Of a stretch of 64,000 nt of DNA, positions 60,976-64,000 are shown piece by piece. The notes beneath the pieces were generated by a model. It saw only the letters and a program-made list of their open reading frames with translations, made no database searches and was not told the DNA's origin. The stretch is from Hydrolagus colliei (taxonomy: Eukaryota): contig CM068747.1 in NCBI GenBank assembly GCA_035084275.1, forward strand, positions 23,250,001 through 23,314,000, read 5' to 3'. Position 1 is the stretch's first letter, and every line of letters begins with the position of its first letter. Position numbers and translations under genes: made by a program.

Positions 60976-61277
60976 GGAGTCCTGTAGCTCAGTGTTTAGA
61001 GCATTCGTCACTCAAGAGACCTGGGTTGGCCAAGTTTCCTTACTCCACACACCTGATAATAATCCCTCAAAAATAAACAATAACAAATTTGTCACTTCAA
61101 TCTATGACTGTTTGTGGGACACTGCTGTGCGCAATTGGCTATGCAATTGGATGTGCGCAATTTACCCACACAAATATACAGTCAATTCACTTTACTGTAC
61201 ATTCTGTGAAGCACTTTGAGATGTCTAGAAGACGTGAAAGTGCTATATCAAATGCAAGTATTATTTTTATTATTATT
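60976..61277 (+). mobile_element. tRNA-derived SINE
   Basis: GGAGTCCTGTAGCTCAGTGTTTAGAGC head, family body, ATT-rich tail. Confidence 0.85.
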
Positions 61278-61859
61278 GTCATAATTAGCAGATGCAACAT
61301 GTAGGCAAAATGGGCAAATATGTATTTAGGGCAGTGCATCCTCTGTCAATTAATGGGATGTTAATCTCTGCACATAAAATGGGATTGCCCAACAGTTAGT
61401 ACATTTACTGTGAAAACCTACTGACTAGTTGTTGCAACTGAGAAGAGAATAATCCTACAATAAACTACCATTGTAAACATGGAACATCCAATCACTGACC
61501 CTATATAACTTAGTTCAATATAAAGTTGCTTAAAAAATCCAAACAAGTGTTATCAGTAAATCAAATTGACTTGAATCAAAAATGTGATAATTATTTGTGA
61601 AGAAAATAGAAATTAAAGTACATTGAAAATATTTCCAGGTCAAATTGACATTTTACCATTGAATATAACTTATTTCCAACTATTGGCAAAGCATCCAGTT
61701 TTCTGCTTTCATTTCATGTTTAGAAATATTCGTTGTCTTTGTTCAGTCATGTCTTGTATGTGTCATCGTGTGTCTTCATTTTTACTTTGAGTTCCGACTG
61801 GTAATTTATAAATTCTCAAAGTTATATATTTTCTCGGGTCAACATTTTCTTATGATAAT

Positions 61860-62478
61860 AATATTCTTTGAAGTGCAAGAAGTTCCTAAGAGGCGAGTAA
61901 TTGAAGAAGTGAAACCTGCAATTGTTCCAAGAAGGAAGGAGATTCCTCCAGCTGAAGGTACAGCATGAGAGAGAGATTTTATGGCACCTTCATTCATACT
62001 AAGTTTGGCTGTCTGTTTGCACAATTTGACTGAAATTTGTGACTACATTTTTCAGCCATTTATCAATCATTGTCCAGATTCCAATTCTGGTTCATCTTGT
62101 TGAGGTGGAATTAATCATCACCATATTCAGTCATCCATGTTCTATTCTATTACAGTGTTGTGATACCTGCGTGTTTGTGTTTTACGTCTGTGTGTATCTT
62201 TCATGCTGTCATATGTAGCAACTACAACACACAGGGGCAATGTTTAGTATATTTCAGTTAACTACTGAAATAGTAGTGGTGCAACACATTTCTTGGTCAA
62301 TTTATTGAGGATGATTTTCCGAACCCCTTTAAATTGGTGACTTTATCGCCAATGGGGTTGGTCACTTAACTTTTCTTCAACAAGGAAATTTATACATTGA
62401 TGCGGTGTCAGCTGGGAGCAGGATTGGACCCGTAACATTCATAAATCTCATTTGATTGTAGTTGGCTCACTGCAATTA
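61860..62478 (+). repeat. Local duplication unit (PEVK exon plus ~520 bp intron), copy 1; copy 2 at 63313-64000
   Basis: Collinear intron similarity, e.g. GTGGAATTAATCATCACCATATTC and GAACCCCTTTAAATTGGTGA in both copies. Confidence 0.88.
61874..61957 (+). CDS. TTN: Titin PEVK exon
   Basis: 84 bp; VQEVPKRRVIEEVKPAIVPRRKEIPPAE. Confidence 0.92.
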
Positions 62479-62497
62479 TTCTGTTAATGTAATATTA

Positions 62498-62755
62498 AAC
62501 AAACAACAAATTACATTTATAAAGTGCCTTTCAATTCGGATGGACACCCCAAGGCCCTGGACAGTTAAGCGATTGCATCCCAGCTGGGGGATGGAGTCAA
62601 CAGGAGTGCAGGGCAAGGGGATTGGATGGGTGGCCAAAGGCACAGTCAAAGAGTCGGGTCTTGAAGGGGGCAAGGTAGGGGGCAAGCCGGAGCGATTCCA
62701 GGATAGAATTCCAAAACCTAGGGTCAGAAACTCTGAGGGCCCGACCACCAGTGGT
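62498..62755 (-). mobile_element. L2-clade LINE 3' end, antisense
   Basis: (CAA)n TTACATTTATAAAGTGCCTTTCA..CCCCAAGGC tail, then AAAGGCACAGTCAAAGAGTCGGGTCTTGAAG..GAATTCCAAAACCTAGGG. Confidence 0.7.
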
Positions 62756-63016
62756 ATAAATTAGAGTAATTTGTAGTCACATTTCTAACTTATCAACGCA
62801 AAAAGTCCCTATTAATTTCAGCACCTGTCCAGGGTAGCAACATTTTATGTTGACAAGTGATTTTACTTTTGAATGCACTCATGCATTTCATGTACCATCA
62901 ATATGTCGTCTTGAGTACGTTTCCCTGTGATGTTTCTTGTTATCTTGGTTGAAGTGACTTCAATGTTATGTGTATTCTTACGTGAATCTTTTCTTAAACA
63001 ATGCTATTCTTTAAAG

Positions 63017-63100
63017 TGCCGGAGGTCCCTAAAAAGCCGATGGCTGAAGAAGTCAAACCTGTTACTGTTCTTAGAAGGAAGGTGTCTCCTCCAATTGAAG
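63017..63100 (+). CDS. TTN: Titin PEVK exon
   Basis: 84 bp; VPEVPKKPMAEEVKPVTVLRRKVSPPIE. Confidence 0.93.
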
Positions 63101-63312
63101 GTACAAAAACAATGGGAGACTTTATAATATTTTCAGTGTGGCTGCACGTACACACGATTAGATAGAAAACCGTGTCTGTTTCATTGTCTTCTCACAAACT
63201 CTGCCCAGACTCAGTTTTTGGTTCTTCGTCTGGCGTCAGTTGGTCTTGTCTGTGACGTTAGTGTGTTCAATGTTCTGTGTATTTTCTTGAATAAATTATT
63301 TCCTAAAATGCT

Positions 63313-64000
63313 AATATTCTTAAAAGTGCCAGAGGTCCCTAAGAAGACAATAGTTGAAGAAATGAAACCTGTTACTGTTTCAAGAAGGAAGGAGATTCCT
63401 CCGACTGAAGGTATAGCACTAGAGAGAGAGATTTTATGACATCTTCATTCATACTCAGTTTGGCTGTTTGTTTCCATCACTTGACTGAAATTTGTGTCTG
63501 CATTTTTCAGCCATTTCTCAATCACTGTCCAGAAATTGATTCTGGTTCTTCTTGTTGTAGTGGAATTAATCATCACCATATTCGGTCATCCATGTTCTAT
63601 TCGGTTACATTGTTGTGATACCTGTGTGTTTGTGTTTTACATCTGTGAATAACTTTCATGCTGTCATATGCAGTAACTGCAACACATGAGAAACATTTAG
63701 CATATTTCAGTTAAGTCCTGTCACATTGGTGCAATACATTTCTTGGCCAATTTATTGTGAGTGATTTTCTGAACCCCTTTAAATTGGTGATGTTATCACC
63801 AGTGGGGTTGGTTACCTTACTCCATATGAACCAGAAAATTTACAGATTGATATAGTTTCAGCTTAGAGCAGGATTGGACCCTTGACCTTCACAAATCTCA
63901 GTGTGGGACATCCTCCTGACGTGAAAGGCGCTATTATACTGAGCATAATTTTGTTATTGTTAGTGACTTTGCCAGTGGTTGCAGTTGGCTCACTGCATTA
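63313..64000 (+). repeat. Local duplication unit, copy 2
   Basis: Collinear with 61860-62478, plus an extra short insert starting near 63901. Confidence 0.88.
63327..63410 (+). CDS. TTN: Titin PEVK exon
   Basis: 84 bp; VPEVPKKTIVEEMKPVTVSRRKEIPPTE. Confidence 0.93.

Larger units (their letters stand above)
3421..63410 (+). other. TTN: Titin (connectin) gene, partial: I-band region N2B - tandem Ig - N2A - PEVK; open at both ends
   Basis: About 80 AG/GT-bounded in-frame exons encoding I-set Ig domains, the N2A signature (VGGDPIPNVKW, NVDPKEYEKYARMHGITDFRGLLQA) and PEVK repeats (VPEVPKKP) in the canonical titin order. Confidence 0.99.

Noticed and set aside
52122-63410. Regularly recurring AAGTGCCAGAGGTTCCTAAGAAGCC resembling a CRISPR or satellite array
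   Set aside because: These are PEVK exon starts with 0.2-1.5 kb introns between them in a vertebrate gene

Overview
Eukaryotic, AT-rich vertebrate genomic DNA holding an internal, plus-strand segment of the giant muscle gene titin/connectin (TTN), from the elastic I-band region; neither start nor stop codon is in the window. In order: the 2,928-bp cardiac N2B exon (3421-6348), the I27 exon, a two-Ig exon, 48 single-Ig phase-1 exons (six 6-Ig super-repeats, one 10-Ig super-repeat, two closing Ig exons), the N2A element (I80-UN2A-I81-I83) and the first ~21 small linker/PEVK exons. Exon boundaries were read by hand from AG/GT sites and frame. Introns are compact and carry CR1 and L2 LINE fragments, Deu-domain SINEs and a younger tRNA-SINE, which suggests a cartilaginous fish, possibly a chimaera (inference only). 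Most ORF-track entries are exon read-throughs or antisense shadows. Best leads: a strict ~74-aa periodicity inside the supposedly unique N2B sequence, an N2B lacking its middle Ig, a fossil pair of Ig pseudo-exons, a dense CAC cluster after N2B, uniformly weak splice signals in the elastic region, a SINE tail serving as a splice acceptor, and inverted SINE pairs bracketing N2A. Comparisons with human titin are from recall and were not computed.
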